Shown piece after piece: positions 20,804 to 31,587 of a stretch of 64,000 nt of DNA. Source of the DNA: Ignavibacteriota bacterium (GTDB lineage Bacteria > Bacteroidota > Ignavibacteria > UBA10030); NCBI GenBank assembly GCA_963790045.1, contig CAWBMS010000010.1:57228-121227 (forward strand), written 5' to 3'. The notes under the pieces are model-generated. The model saw only the letters and a program-made list of their open reading frames with translations. It was not told the DNA's origin and made no database searches. Position numbers and translations under genes: made by a program. The first letter of the stretch is position 1, and every line of letters begins with the position of its first letter.

Positions 20804-22093
20804 ATGAAATTGCATTTAAAAGCGGGACGGCTCGTCGATCCCAGCACAGGAAAAGATGAATCCACCGATTTATTGATTGTTGATGGAAAAATTGAACGCA
20901 TCGGGAAACAACTGACCGCCGATAAAAGTTTTGAAGTGATCGATCTAAAAAATAAAATTATTACGCCCGGCTTTATCGATATTCACGTGCATCTTCGTGA
21001 ACCGGGTTATGAACACAAAGAAACCATCCAGACCGGATGTGCTTCTGCGGCGGCAGGCGGTTTTACCGCCGTGTGCTGTATGCCGAACACCAATCCCGCC
21101 ATCGACGATGAATCGGTTGTGCGATATGTACGAGATGCCGGCAAACGCGTGACAGGAGGATTGGTTGATGTGTTTCCCATTGCGGCGGCAACGAAGGGAA
21201 GAAAAGGCGAAGAACTTTCACCGATTGCAGAATTGGCGCAAGCCGGCGCAGTCGGTTTATCTGATGATGGTGCTCCGATAGCAAGTGCACAGATGATGCG
21301 TCTTGTTTTAGAATATTCTTCGATGTTCGGATTGCCGGTGATTCAACACGCCGAAGAACCGACGATGGTAAAAGGCGGTGCGATGAATGAAGGATTTGAA
21401 TCCACGCGCCTCGGCATGCCGGGCATTCCGCCGATAGCCGAAGAATTGATGATTGCGCGTGATATTATTTTGCTGCGATATATTCCTAAAGCAAAATATC
21501 ATGTGGCACACATCAGCACAGCGAATGCAATTGACCATGTCCGAAACGCAAAATCAGAGAAATTGCATATTACTGCCGAAGCTGCGCCGCATCACTTTTC
21601 CATGATCGATAAGGTTGTAGAAAGCTTCGATACGAACACCAAAATGAATCCGCCGCTGCGCACGAAGGATGACATAGAAGCGGTGAAGCAAGGATTGAAA
21701 GATGGTACGATCGATGCGATTGCAACCGATCATGCACCGCACACGATTGATGAAAAAGAAGTTGAATACAGCGAAGCGCCGTTCGGCATTGTAGGTTTAG
21801 AAACGGCTGTCGGGCTTTCGATTACAGAACTTGTGGAGAAGAAATATCTTACGCTGTATCAGTTGATAGAAAAATTCACGACGAAGCCGCGTGCAATTGT
21901 CGGCTTGCCGCAAATCAAAATAGAAGAAGGCGCAGTTGCAAACTTAACGTTTCTTGATCCGGTACTTGAATGGACGGTGGATATCAATGCTTTCAAATCG
22001 AAATCAAAAAATTCTCCGTTCAACGGCTGGCAGTTGAAGGGAAAGGCGATAGGGATAATGAACAACGGAATTTGTACCCTGGTAAGCAAATAA
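20804..22093 (+). CDS. pyrC: dihydroorotase
   Basis: GFIDIHVHLREPG metal-binding motif and ...DAIATDHAPH. ATG 20804 is chosen because AAGGAG (20792-20797) lies 6 nt upstream. The ORF track starts at 20777. Confidence 0.92.
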   Translation: MKLHLKAGRLVDPSTGKDESTDLLIVDGKIERIGKQLTADKSFEVIDLKNKIITPGFIDIHVHLREPGYEHKETIQTGCASAAAGGFTAVCCMPNTNPAIDDESVVRYVRDAGKRVTGGLVDVFPIAAATKGRKGEELSPIAELAQAGAVGLSDDGAPIASAQMMRLVLEYSSMFGLPVIQHAEEPTMVKGGAMNEGFESTRLGMPGIPPIAEELMIARDIILLRYIPKAKYHVAHISTANAIDHVRNAKSEKLHITAEAAPHHFSMIDKVVESFDTNTKMNPPLRTKDDIEAVKQGLKDGTIDAIATDHAPHTIDEKEVEYSEAPFGIVGLETAVGLSITELVEKKYLTLYQLIEKFTTKPRAIVGLPQIKIEEGAVANLTFLDPVLEWTVDINAFKSKSKNSPFNGWQLKGKAIGIMNNGICTLVSK

Positions 22094-22182
22094 AACGCGC
22101 ACAGGCATTGTAAAGAACGATGCCTGTTCCATTTCCTCCGGTTCATTGACTTTCGTTGTGTTTTCTGATATTTTGCTATTGA

Positions 22183-22647
22183 ATGAAGCAGCTTACCGCA
22201 ATAGTTTTTCTTTGTTTGATGGTACAACTTGTCGAAGCACAAGAACGTAAGGTTGTGCCATCGACAAAAAATACTATTCGTACGAAAATCGAAATCAAAC
22301 GACAACAAGAAGCGGATGAATTATTTTATCGCATTGAATTTGGAATTGCAAGCGGTTCCGTAGAGAAATTTTCGGATGCTTTTGGTTCGTCTCTGTCGTT
22401 ATCGGTTGGCACCGTGGAGCGCGGGTTGTATTCTGCAAATCAGGTCAAAGCGATTTTGTCGGAATATTTTTCTGGCCGACACATTACTGGTTTTTCGTTT
22501 TCTCGCATCAAGAACTCTGCTATCAACCCTTATGCAACCGGCCGCTTGGTTTTTATCCGAAGAGGAAATCAAGAATCTGCACAGGTGTATGTGCTGCTTT
22601 CATTGCAGAACGCGCATTGGAAAATCAGTCAGTTTAATATTTACTGA
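22183..22647 (+). CDS. exported protein of unknown function (possibly DUF4783-like)
   Basis: 154-aa ORF with signal peptide MKQLTAIVFLCLMVQLVEAQ. The family assignment is from memory of the motif pattern only. Confidence 0.55.
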   Translation: MKQLTAIVFLCLMVQLVEAQERKVVPSTKNTIRTKIEIKRQQEADELFYRIEFGIASGSVEKFSDAFGSSLSLSVGTVERGLYSANQVKAILSEYFSGRHITGFSFSRIKNSAINPYATGRLVFIRRGNQESAQVYVLLSLQNAHWKISQFNIY

Positions 22648-22650
22648 TGT

Positions 22651-25600
22651 ATGAAAAATCTTTTTTCATCCGAAATGGAAAATCGCCCCGTACTTTGGGG
22701 CATTTTTGTTTGCACAGTGGCGGTGTTCATAGTGCTTCTTGCACAATGGTGGTCCACGACGATTGTGCCACAACAGCCGATAAATAATTCTGAGTTTGAA
22801 CAGCACACGCGCAACGTTGTTGAAAATGAATTTCAATCAAAGATACAATCCTTATTGCAAATTGCTAAAGATGGAGTTCGCGATACATTACTTCAGCGGA
22901 CTATTACGAGCGATGATGACGAACTTCTCTCAAAAGGAATTACACGCCTCAATCAATTGCGTACATCGTCCGCGACGACCATCGAAATCATAGATAGTAA
23001 CGGAACCGCTATTGCTTGGAACGGACAAAGATCAGTTGCCGATAGTTCGTTCCATCGATCATCTATCTTTCCTGTTGTAAAAATAAAACGCAGCGGGTTG
23101 CACACGTTCCTTTCTGTTGGAATTCCATTCGGACGCATGCATTGGATGTTTGTGAGTAATATTTTAGAAACAAATTATCCTATCTCAAATCGATTTATTT
23201 CGAATCAAAGTTTCACAAACGAATTATCTACGAAACTGCATGTTCCGTTAAAGTTTTGCGATGTTGATGATTCTACTGATTTAACACACACCATCCTATT
23301 GAATGATCTTCAAAATCATCCTATTGCAGCGATTGTAATCGGGCGCGAATCATTTGAAAGCAGATACAGCGGATTGCAAGAACAACTCTCATGGCTGCTT
23401 TCCCTGTTTGTAGCTCTTGGACTAATGCTGGTTGCTATTTTGATTGAGCGAAACATAAAATCCAACAGACATCAAATTGTTTATAACATTGTTGTGGTTG
23501 TTTTGATATGGAGCGTCAGAATTGGTTGGCGGTGTTTAGAATTTCCGTCAGCCATCATCGGTGGTTGGATGTTTGATTCATCTGTTTATGCAGCCCCATT
23601 TATTTTTAATTTGACATCATCATTAGGTGAATTGGCGATCAGTGTTGTTGCAATATTCCTTTCCGCCGCTGTGATTTGTAAGAAGAATTCGATTGAACAA
23701 TTTCAATCAAAACATTTTTTTCGCCCGTTGTGGTTGCGATATGGATTTGTTGGAATAGCGTTCATCATCAATTTGGTAATTCTCTGGCTGCTTCGTGGTT
23801 ATACAATTGCGATACGAAGTTTTGTTTTCGACTCCACCATCAACTTTCACAATCCTGTGGAAGTGATTCCGTCTCTTCCTGCTATTTTAATTTATCTCAA
23901 TATCATTGGATTAACTGTTGCCGTGTTGTGGATGAGCATTCGTTTGGCTCAATTTACACGGCAAGCGATTGGTGGAATTCTTTTTCAATCTACGAAATGG
24001 AAACAGTGGCTAACGCACATGCTTATTATTTTGTGTGCGATTTGCATTTTTTATTGGCTGGATGGACGATTGGTCATGCCGTGGTATCTTCTTTTATCGA
24101 TGATTGTCTTGTCCATCTTTTTTGCATATCAAAAAACAAATTCATCGATCCTCAAACAACAACATCTTCGAATTGCATGGGGAATGTTAGCAGCATCATT
24201 TATTATTGCCGTTCCATGGTTAGAGCAATCAATTAATGAAAAGCGCGATCAGCAACTTTCCAACATCGTTTTTCATCTTTCGCAACCGATAGACAATTGG
24301 TTATCGTATGTATTGATTGATGGTTTGCATTCTGTTTCACAAACATTGTTGCAGGAAACGGGGGCACATTTCTTGGAGCAAGCGCATGAACAACATCTTG
24401 CATTTGCATTGTGGACCAGAACAATGTTTGGCCGTGAAGGATACAATTCTGCCGTTGTATTATACGATGCACATGGCAATGAAGTTGATCGATTTATCGT
24501 TGGGATTGATAAAACAGAACAGCGCACTGTTCTTGCAAAAATATTTGAAGGCGAAGAAGAAGCTGTTCAAGTTGTTCCCTCCGGTGGTTCGGCAACTTCG
24601 GGAAATCATTATGGAGCATGGATGACGATTCGTGATACCGGAAATGTTGTTCTTGCAAGTGTTGCGCTGCTTGTAAATGATACACGTTCTTCTTTATTTA
24701 ACAGCGAAGAGTGGGAACCGCTGCGTCAATTTACAAACTCTGTACAAAATGATAAATTGCAAGGGCTTGCTATTGCAGAATATTCACATGCTACACTTGT
24801 GAATAGCTCTGGATGGTCATCGCCATTCACACAGGAACTTCCTTCGGATATAACCAATCGATTACAATCAGGAACGGTGAATCTTCGTGCTGCTATCGAT
24901 GGTGTGCATTATAATATGATTTATAGTGTTGATCCATCGGATCCATCACGTGTGGTTGCAGCGAGTTATGTTGAACCGGATTTTCGATGGACGCTGTTCA
25001 ATTTTCTCAAAATCATATTGGTTTATCTTGTGGTCGGATTGTTCTTGCTGGCAATCCAAGTCGTACGTTACAGGCGTAGTGCTGTTGTGCATATTAGTGG
25101 ATTTCGCGAACGATTGTTTATTGCGTTCTTGGTCGTTGCTTTATTGCCGCTCATCATTGTCGGATATTACAATCGCATGTTTGCCGATGAAAAAGTGATG
25201 AATGATTTATCGCAATCGGTACAGCGGGAATTGAACACGTTAGCGGTGCGGATTGAATCCTACGTCGCCGACGAACAAGATTTTCAGCAGGGCGTTACCG
25301 ATGAATTTTGTGATGCGATGGCAAACGAATATGGCACCGATTTTTCCGTCTATGGAACAACGGCGCTGCTTGCAAGTACGCAATCAGAATTGTACCGTGC
25401 ATCGATTTTAGATTCCCGATTAAACAGCAATGCGTATTCCGGTATTGTGCTGGAAAATAAAAATTATATTTTGACAAACGAAAATGTCGGAAACGTTGAA
25501 TATCTAGTTGGATATGCGCCGATAAAAATAAACGGACAACTTGTTGGAGTGCTTGCCGTGCCGACGCTCAATCGTCAACGAGAAATCGAGTATGAGTTTG

Positions 25601-26529
25601 CCCAACGCAATGCATACATTTTTGGTCCGTATGCGATTGTTTTTGGATTAGTAATTTTGGGCGGAGGATATTTAGCATCGCGGCTTGCACGACCGTTAAA
25701 ACAACTTTCCGCTGCTGCACAAGCTGTTGGCGACGGCAATCTTGATGTTTTGGTAAAGATTGATTCTGATGATGAAGTCGGGGATTTAGCGCGTTCGTTT
25801 AATGAGATGACACAGCGGCTTCGGCAAAGCCGGGCGGAACTTGCGCAACACGAGCGCGAAAATGCTTGGAGAGAAATGGCAAAACAAGTAGCGCACGAAA
25901 TTAAAAATCCGTTAACGCCGATGAAACTTTCCGTGCAACATGTGCGGCAAGCGTTTAAAGATAAAGTCGCGACACGCGAAGAAATTCTTGATCAAGTAAC
26001 GCGTATGTTGTTAGAACAAATTGAATCCTTGTCTTTGATCGCGGGAGAATTTTCAGATTTTGCTAAGATGCCTGAGACAAACGTTGCATTGATACATCTT
26101 CATTCCATTATTCAAGAAGCAGCAGAATTATTTAAACCGCTCACCGATATTCAATTCCGATTTTCTTCATCCAGTGCCGATGATCGAATTCTTGCAGATG
26201 CTGAACAAATGCGGCGTGTGTTTATCAATCTCTTTCGCAATGCTGTGCAAGCGATGAAAGGGAAAGGAACTATTAATGTCGATATGATGATTCAGACTGA
26301 TACTGTCGTCGTCGTGCGTATCAATGATTCCGGTTCCGGTATACCGCGAGAACTGCTTCAAAAAATATTTGAACCGAACTTCTCGACAAAAACCGAAGGC
26401 ATGGGATTGGGATTGGCAATCACAAAAAAAATTATCGAGGATGCAGGCGGAACAATAGTCTGCGAAAGCGAACAAGGATCTGGCACAACATTTATTTTGC
26501 AGTTACCTTTAATTCATGGCGTCCAGTGA
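22651..26529 (+). CDS. large polytopic sensor histidine kinase (HAMP-HisKA-HATPase, NtrY-like catalytic core)
   Basis: 1292-aa ORF with many TM segments in the first ~800 aa. HAMP (RPLKQLSAAAQAVGDGNLDV...DEVGDLARSFNEM), H-box AHEIKNPLTPM, N/G boxes (NLFRNAVQAM, DSGSGIP, GLGLAI). Confidence 0.88.
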   Translation: MKNLFSSEMENRPVLWGIFVCTVAVFIVLLAQWWSTTIVPQQPINNSEFEQHTRNVVENEFQSKIQSLLQIAKDGVRDTLLQRTITSDDDELLSKGITRLNQLRTSSATTIEIIDSNGTAIAWNGQRSVADSSFHRSSIFPVVKIKRSGLHTFLSVGIPFGRMHWMFVSNILETNYPISNRFISNQSFTNELSTKLHVPLKFCDVDDSTDLTHTILLNDLQNHPIAAIVIGRESFESRYSGLQEQLSWLLSLFVALGLMLVAILIERNIKSNRHQIVYNIVVVVLIWSVRIGWRCLEFPSAIIGGWMFDSSVYAAPFIFNLTSSLGELAISVVAIFLSAAVICKKNSIEQFQSKHFFRPLWLRYGFVGIAFIINLVILWLLRGYTIAIRSFVFDSTINFHNPVEVIPSLPAILIYLNIIGLTVAVLWMSIRLAQFTRQAIGGILFQSTKWKQWLTHMLIILCAICIFYWLDGRLVMPWYLLLSMIVLSIFFAYQKTNSSILKQQHLRIAWGMLAASFIIAVPWLEQSINEKRDQQLSNIVFHLSQPIDNWLSYVLIDGLHSVSQTLLQETGAHFLEQAHEQHLAFALWTRTMFGREGYNSAVVLYDAHGNEVDRFIVGIDKTEQRTVLAKIFEGEEEAVQVVPSGGSATSGNHYGAWMTIRDTGNVVLASVALLVNDTRSSLFNSEEWEPLRQFTNSVQNDKLQGLAIAEYSHATLVNSSGWSSPFTQELPSDITNRLQSGTVNLRAAIDGVHYNMIYSVDPSDPSRVVAASYVEPDFRWTLFNFLKIILVYLVVGLFLLAIQVVRYRRSAVVHISGFRERLFIAFLVVALLPLIIVGYYNRMFADEKVMNDLSQSVQRELNTLAVRIESYVADEQDFQQGVTDEFCDAMANEYGTDFSVYGTTALLASTQSELYRASILDSRLNSNAYSGIVLENKNYILTNENVGNVEYLVGYAPIKINGQLVGVLAVPTLNRQREIEYEFAQRNAYIFGPYAIVFGLVILGGGYLASRLARPLKQLSAAAQAVGDGNLDVLVKIDSDDEVGDLARSFNEMTQRLRQSRAELAQHERENAWREMAKQVAHEIKNPLTPMKLSVQHVRQAFKDKVATREEILDQVTRMLLEQIESLSLIAGEFSDFAKMPETNVALIHLHSIIQEAAELFKPLTDIQFRFSSSSADDRILADAEQMRRVFINLFRNAVQAMKGKGTINVDMMIQTDTVVVVRINDSGSGIPRELLQKIFEPNFSTKTEGMGLGLAITKKIIEDAGGTIVCESEQGSGTTFILQLPLIHGVQ

Positions 26530-27273
26530 TTGTTCCTGAAATATTTCAATCGTTCCCGCATATCCACGCGGCAGTGAGTACCCGCGGCGAAGTTTCGACG
26601 GCTCGTCCATTTGGTATGAACATGAGTTATACGGTTGGTGATGATCCGAAAAATGTTGAGCAAAGCCGTAGACAATTTTTTTCTTCACTTAATATCGATA
26701 TTACGACGCTGGCAATTCCCCAACAAATTCATTCAAACAAAATTCAGATTATCAATGTGCCAACCACATATTCTGATTGTGATGGATTGATAACACAATC
26801 GGAAAATCTTGCGTTGGTCATCACGGTGGCTGATTGCCTGCCGATACTGATGTTCGATCCGCAGCACAATGTTATTGCTGCCGTTCATGCCGGCTGGCGA
26901 GGAACTGTTTTTCAAATTGCGAGGAACGCTGTGGAACAGTTGATAAAAAATTATCAATCGAATCCTGATAAATTGTTCGTCTATATCGGCCCCGGTGCCG
27001 GAGTTTGTTGCTATGAAATTGGCGAAGAAGTGGCATCGCAATTTCAAAATCAATGTGTCGAATTGCGTAATGGAAAAAAATTCCTCGATCTGAAACAAAT
27101 AAATTTTCATCAACTCCTTGAAATCGGAGTACAAAAAACAGCATATTGAAATAAGTCAGCATTGTACGATTTGTGAACCGGAATTATTTCATTCGTTTCG
27201 GCGTGATGGAAATCGGTCTGGACGAATGATGGCAACGATCGCAATGCAAAAGAACAAACAATCGGAGATGTAA
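26526..27273 (+). pseudogene. pgeF: peptidoglycan editing factor PgeF / YfiH-family laccase-domain protein; one frame break in an A6 run
   Basis: ORF 26526-27149 ends ...EIGVQKTAY*. The +1 frame continues KKQHIEISQHCTICEPELFHSFRRDGNRSGRMMATIAM..., the conserved YfiH C-terminus, to TAA 27271-27273. The break is in AAAAAA at 27133-27138. Confidence 0.82.
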
Positions 27274-27275
27274 AT

Positions 27276-29111
27276 ATGTGTGGTATTGTTGGATATATTG
27301 GTAATCGAAATGCGCTTCCATTGATTATTGAAGGACTCAAGCGATTAGAATATCGCGGCTATGATTCTGCCGGCGTAGCGTTGTTTTCCAAAGGAAATCT
27401 TATCGTTCGCAAAAAAGTTGGCAAAGTTTCCAATCTTGAACATGCGCTTGCAGATGTTTCCTTTACTTCCACCGTCGGACTTGGTCATACTCGCTGGGCA
27501 ACGCACGGCGTTCCGAACGATGTGAATGCGCATCCGCATACCGATTGCAATGGAAGAATTGCTCTGATCCATAATGGTGTCATCGAAAATTTTACTTCCC
27601 TCAAAACAAAGCTATTGCAACAGGGACACGTTTTTAAATCTGATACCGATACAGAAGTTCTTGCGCATTTGGTAGAAGCATTTTACTCTCGTCTTCACGG
27701 TCTCGAAAAAGCAGTTCGTGCAGCACTGAAAGAAGTCGTTGGAACTTATGGCCTGATTGTTCTCTGTGCTGATGAACCCGATAAACTTGTTGTTGCACGC
27801 AAGGGAAGTCCGTTGGTGATTGGGTACGGAGATCAGGAAACGGTTATTGCTTCAGATGCATCGGCATTGATTCAGCATACACGCAAGGTGACGTATTTAG
27901 AAGACGGCGAGATGGCGGTAGTTACGCCGACAACAGTCGTTGTAAAAACGCTTGCTGATGTTGAAATCCATAAAGACATTGAAGAATTAACATTTGATCT
28001 TGAGCAAATTGAAAAGGGCGGCTTTGCGCATTTCATGCTCAAGGAAATTCATGAACAACCCGAAACAATCAGCAATTCCATGCGCGGGCGATTGTTGCCG
28101 GAAGAGGGTGATGCGAAGCTTGGCGGTTTGGCCGGAGTGCAAGAAGCGCTGGAGCGCGCGCCGCGGCTGATTATTGCAGCTTGCGGTACGTCCTGGCATG
28201 CGGCGTTGATTGGTGAATATATGCTGGAACAGTATGCGCACATTCCCGTGGAAGTGGAATATGCTTCAGAATTTCGCTATCGGAATCCTATTTTAAGAAA
28301 AGATGATGTTGTAATTTTTATCAGCCAGAGCGGCGAAACAGCTGATACGCTTGCTGCGTTACGTGAAGCAAAATCACAGGGCGCTACCGTCATTGGAATT
28401 TGCAATGTGGTAGGAAGTTCTATTGCACGGGAAAGCCATGCCGGTGTTTATATTCATGCCGGTCCGGAAATTGGTGTTGCTTCAACCAAAGCATTTACTT
28501 CGCAATTAACAGCATTGGCGTTATTGACGCTTCTTCTGGCTCGGGCAAAAGGCGAGATGACAAAAGAAGAAGGTATTGTATTTGTGAAGGAACTGGAATT
28601 ACTCCCGAAAAAATTGCAATCCATTCTTTCTCATGATGGAACGGTCTTAGCTATCGCAAAAGAATTTGTTGCTATAAAAAACTTCTTGTATCTTGGCCGC
28701 GGTTATAATTTCCCCGTTGCGTTGGAAGGCGCATTGAAACTGAAAGAAATTTCGTATATCCATGCCGAAGGATATCCCGCTGCAGAAATGAAACATGGAC
28801 CCATTGCCCTCATCGATGAAAATATGCCGGTTGTTTTCATCGCTCCGCACGACAGCACGTACGAAAAAATTCTCAGTAATATGCAGGAAGTGAAAGCACG
28901 CCGCGGACGCATTATTGCTATTGTCAACGAAGAAGAAACACAGGTTAAAAAACTTGCCGATTATCTGATAGTTGTTCCGGCAACACTCGATCTTCTTGCG
29001 CCGATTCTCACGATTATTCCATTGCAACTGCTGGCGTATCACATTGCTGCATTGCGCGGTTGCAATGTCGATCAGCCGCGAAATTTGGCAAAGAGTGTCA
29101 CGGTTGAATAA
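27276..29111 (+). CDS. glmS: glutamine--fructose-6-phosphate aminotransferase (isomerizing)
   Basis: 611-aa ORF with N-terminal nucleophile MCGIVGYIG, two SIS domains and C-terminal ...NLAKSVTVE. Confidence 0.96.
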   Translation: MCGIVGYIGNRNALPLIIEGLKRLEYRGYDSAGVALFSKGNLIVRKKVGKVSNLEHALADVSFTSTVGLGHTRWATHGVPNDVNAHPHTDCNGRIALIHNGVIENFTSLKTKLLQQGHVFKSDTDTEVLAHLVEAFYSRLHGLEKAVRAALKEVVGTYGLIVLCADEPDKLVVARKGSPLVIGYGDQETVIASDASALIQHTRKVTYLEDGEMAVVTPTTVVVKTLADVEIHKDIEELTFDLEQIEKGGFAHFMLKEIHEQPETISNSMRGRLLPEEGDAKLGGLAGVQEALERAPRLIIAACGTSWHAALIGEYMLEQYAHIPVEVEYASEFRYRNPILRKDDVVIFISQSGETADTLAALREAKSQGATVIGICNVVGSSIARESHAGVYIHAGPEIGVASTKAFTSQLTALALLTLLLARAKGEMTKEEGIVFVKELELLPKKLQSILSHDGTVLAIAKEFVAIKNFLYLGRGYNFPVALEGALKLKEISYIHAEGYPAAEMKHGPIALIDENMPVVFIAPHDSTYEKILSNMQEVKARRGRIIAIVNEEETQVKKLADYLIVVPATLDLLAPILTIIPLQLLAYHIAALRGCNVDQPRNLAKSVTVE

Positions 29112-29185
29112 GACGGATGAATCCCATGAAAATTTTTTCTATCTTATTCATTATAAAAATTTGTACGGATAACCAAAGGTAATGT

Positions 29186-30022
29186 ATGAAACAAGATATC
29201 AGATTCCGTCCTAACGAATGGGCAATCGTGTTAGGTGCTTCCAGCGGATTTGGCGGAGCAACGGCTCTGGAATTGGCACGGCATGGCATGAATATTATCG
29301 GTATTCACTTGGACCGCCAAACAACGATGCCGCTGGTTCAGAATCTTCAAAAAGAAATTAAACGCACCAATGTGCATTGTGTTTTCTATAATATTAATGC
29401 CGCAGATGAAATCCGGCGCAATGAAACACTGGATGATATTCAGGAACAGTTTGAAGGCGATACCAATGCGACCGTTAAAGTATTAATGCATTCGCTGGCA
29501 TTCGGATCGTTAAAGCCCTTCATTACAAATAATCCAGGAGAATCGCTGACACAAGCGCAAATGGAAATGACGCTTGATGTGATGGCGAATAGTTTGGTGT
29601 ATTGGGTGCAAGGGCTTGTCAGCCGCCAACTGATGAAGAAGGGTGGAAGAATTTTTGGAATGACCAGTTCTGGCGGGCACAGAGCATTTCCGTATTACGG
29701 TGCTGTGTCGGCAGCCAAGGCAGCGTTGCAATCACACATTCGGCAGCTTGCGATGGAATTAGGTCCGCTGGGAATTACCGCAAATGCAATTTTAGCAGGC
29801 GTTACGGATACACCAGCGTTGCGAAAAATTCCAGGCAGTGCAGGAATGATCGAAGCGGCAAAAATAAAAAATCCTGGTAACCGTCTCACAACGCCGGAAG
29901 ATATTGCCAAAGTCATTACCCTGCTCTCGTTAGATGAAGCGGGATGGGTTTCCGGCAGTGTGATCGGAGTTGATGGCGGCGAAGACATTGTCGAATTTGT
30001 TAGTCAAAATAAATCACTATAA
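29186..30022 (+). CDS. SDR-family oxidoreductase
   Basis: 278-aa ORF with glycine-rich NAD(P) motif VLGASSGFGGATA and catalytic Y-x3-K (YYGAVSAAKAA). Confidence 0.8.
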   Translation: MKQDIRFRPNEWAIVLGASSGFGGATALELARHGMNIIGIHLDRQTTMPLVQNLQKEIKRTNVHCVFYNINAADEIRRNETLDDIQEQFEGDTNATVKVLMHSLAFGSLKPFITNNPGESLTQAQMEMTLDVMANSLVYWVQGLVSRQLMKKGGRIFGMTSSGGHRAFPYYGAVSAAKAALQSHIRQLAMELGPLGITANAILAGVTDTPALRKIPGSAGMIEAAKIKNPGNRLTTPEDIAKVITLLSLDEAGWVSGSVIGVDGGEDIVEFVSQNKSL

Positions 30023-30042
30023 CGAAGAATGGTAAGAATAAT

Positions 30043-31191
30043 ATGTTTGAATATGAATTAACAGAAGAACAAAAAATGCTGCGCGATATGGCGCGTGATT
30101 TTGCGAATGCTGAAATCAAACCTCTTTCGCGTAAGATTGATGAAGATGAAAAAATTCCACGTGAGTTGATCAAGAAAATTGCTGAACTGGGTTTTCTCGG
30201 CGCGTCATTTCCAGCAGAGTATGGCGGCGGTGGATTCGGTGAGATCGGTTACTGTGTGATGCAGGAAGAAATCGGACGTGCCGATGTATCGGTTGCAACG
30301 TTTATCGGTGCGCACCAATCCATCGGTGCGAATGCAATTTATCTCGGCGGTTCGGAAGCATTAAAGAAAAAATATTTGGTGCCGCTTGCGGAAGGAAAAT
30401 ATATCGGCGGATTTGCTTTGACCGAAGCGCTTGCCGGTTCCGATTCGTTCAACTTGCGAACACGCGCGCATCGAGACGGCGATGACTGGATCATTAACGG
30501 TGAAAAATTGTGGATCACCAACGGCGGACTTGCCGACGTACTTTCTGTGTTTGCACGAACCGAGCGCGGCATTACCGGCTTTGTAGTCGAAACAAAAACT
30601 CCTGGATTTACTGCTGGCCCGCCGGAACATAAAATGGGAATTCGCGGCAGCATGACCAATGCACTTACATTCGACAATGTTCGTGTCCCCAAAGAAAATA
30701 TAATCGGCGAAGAAGGCCGCGGGTTTCTCGTAGCGATGAAAACATTGGATGCCGGCCGGTTGGGACTTGGCGCTGCATGTCTTGGTGCCGCAAAAGAGTT
30801 GTTGGAACTTTCCACGAAGTATGCAAAAGAACGCAAACAATTCGATCAACCGATTGCGCAGTTCGAAGCCGTGCAATTTATGCTTGCTGAAATGGCAACA
30901 ACGATTTACGCAATGGAATCTCTGGTGTATCGCACAGCGGCGATGTATGAGGCAGGTAAATCTGTTTCACGACAATCGGCGCAAGTAAAATTGTTCTGTT
31001 CGGAAGGTGCATGCAAAGTTGCAGATCTTGCCGTGCAGGTTCATGGCGGCATGGGTTATTCGCGTGAGTTGCCCATTGAACGTTTCTATCGTGATCTTCG
31101 CATCAATAGAATTTTTGAAGGCACGAACGAAATTCAAAAGACAATCATTGCGCACGACATCATCAAAAAGAAAGGTGTTGTGAGCTTCTAA
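30043..31191 (+). CDS. acyl-CoA dehydrogenase
   Basis: 382-aa ORF. GGFALTEALAGSD, ...KLWITNGG..., catalytic-base region IFEGTNEIQ. Confidence 0.92.
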   Translation: MFEYELTEEQKMLRDMARDFANAEIKPLSRKIDEDEKIPRELIKKIAELGFLGASFPAEYGGGGFGEIGYCVMQEEIGRADVSVATFIGAHQSIGANAIYLGGSEALKKKYLVPLAEGKYIGGFALTEALAGSDSFNLRTRAHRDGDDWIINGEKLWITNGGLADVLSVFARTERGITGFVVETKTPGFTAGPPEHKMGIRGSMTNALTFDNVRVPKENIIGEEGRGFLVAMKTLDAGRLGLGAACLGAAKELLELSTKYAKERKQFDQPIAQFEAVQFMLAEMATTIYAMESLVYRTAAMYEAGKSVSRQSAQVKLFCSEGACKVADLAVQVHGGMGYSRELPIERFYRDLRINRIFEGTNEIQKTIIAHDIIKKKGVVSF

Positions 31192-31238
31192 ATCAATTCT
31201 TGACTTTCAGGAAAAAGTCGAGTAGTTTTATATATAAG

Positions 31239-31265
31239 TCCCGCAGATGTTATGCGGGATTTTTC
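31239..31265 (+). terminator. rho-independent terminator after the acyl-CoA dehydrogenase gene
   Basis: TCCCGCA (31239-31245) pairs with TGCGGGA (31253-31259), followed by TTTTT. Confidence 0.75.
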
Positions 31266-31267
31266 TT

Positions 31268-31340
31268 GGACAGGTAGCTCAGTTGGTAGAGCAATGGACT
31301 GAAAATCCATGTGTCGGCGGTTCAATCCCGTCCCTGTCCA
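31268..31340 (+). tRNA. tRNA-Phe (anticodon GAA)
   Basis: 73-nt cloverleaf folded by hand. Acceptor GGACAGG/CCTGTCC, D-arm GCTC-AGTTGGTA-GAGC, anticodon arm ATGGA-CTGAAAA-TCCAT, T-arm GGCGG-TTCAATC-CCGTC, discriminator A. CCA is not encoded. Confidence 0.93.
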
Positions 31341-31587
31341 CATCAAAGCTCTGTGATACAGGGCTTTGATGTTTATTGCAAGGAAGCGGTTTTACCAAAT
31401 AATGATCTCCCCAAGATGAGTGTTGGCGTTCACAACTCTTAAAAATTTAAAACTATTTCTTCTGAAATTTATTTTGTGTTACGTGATATATTGAATCGAT
31501 TTGATATTATTTTGAGGAGCATTGGAATTTCAATTTCATTTTGCTTACCATCTTATGTGCAAAATATATTGGAAGGATAAAGTTTTT

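Noticed and set aside
27150-27275. Possible glmS ribozyme or leader upstream of glmS
   Set aside because: This stretch is the out-of-frame C-terminus of pgeF. Only 2 nt separate the repaired pgeF stop from the glmS ATG, which leaves no room for a ribozyme.
30339-30876. Two 165-171-aa minus-strand ORFs
   Set aside because: They are antisense to the acyl-CoA dehydrogenase gene. Their compositionally biased products are typical shadow frames of a GC-richer gene.
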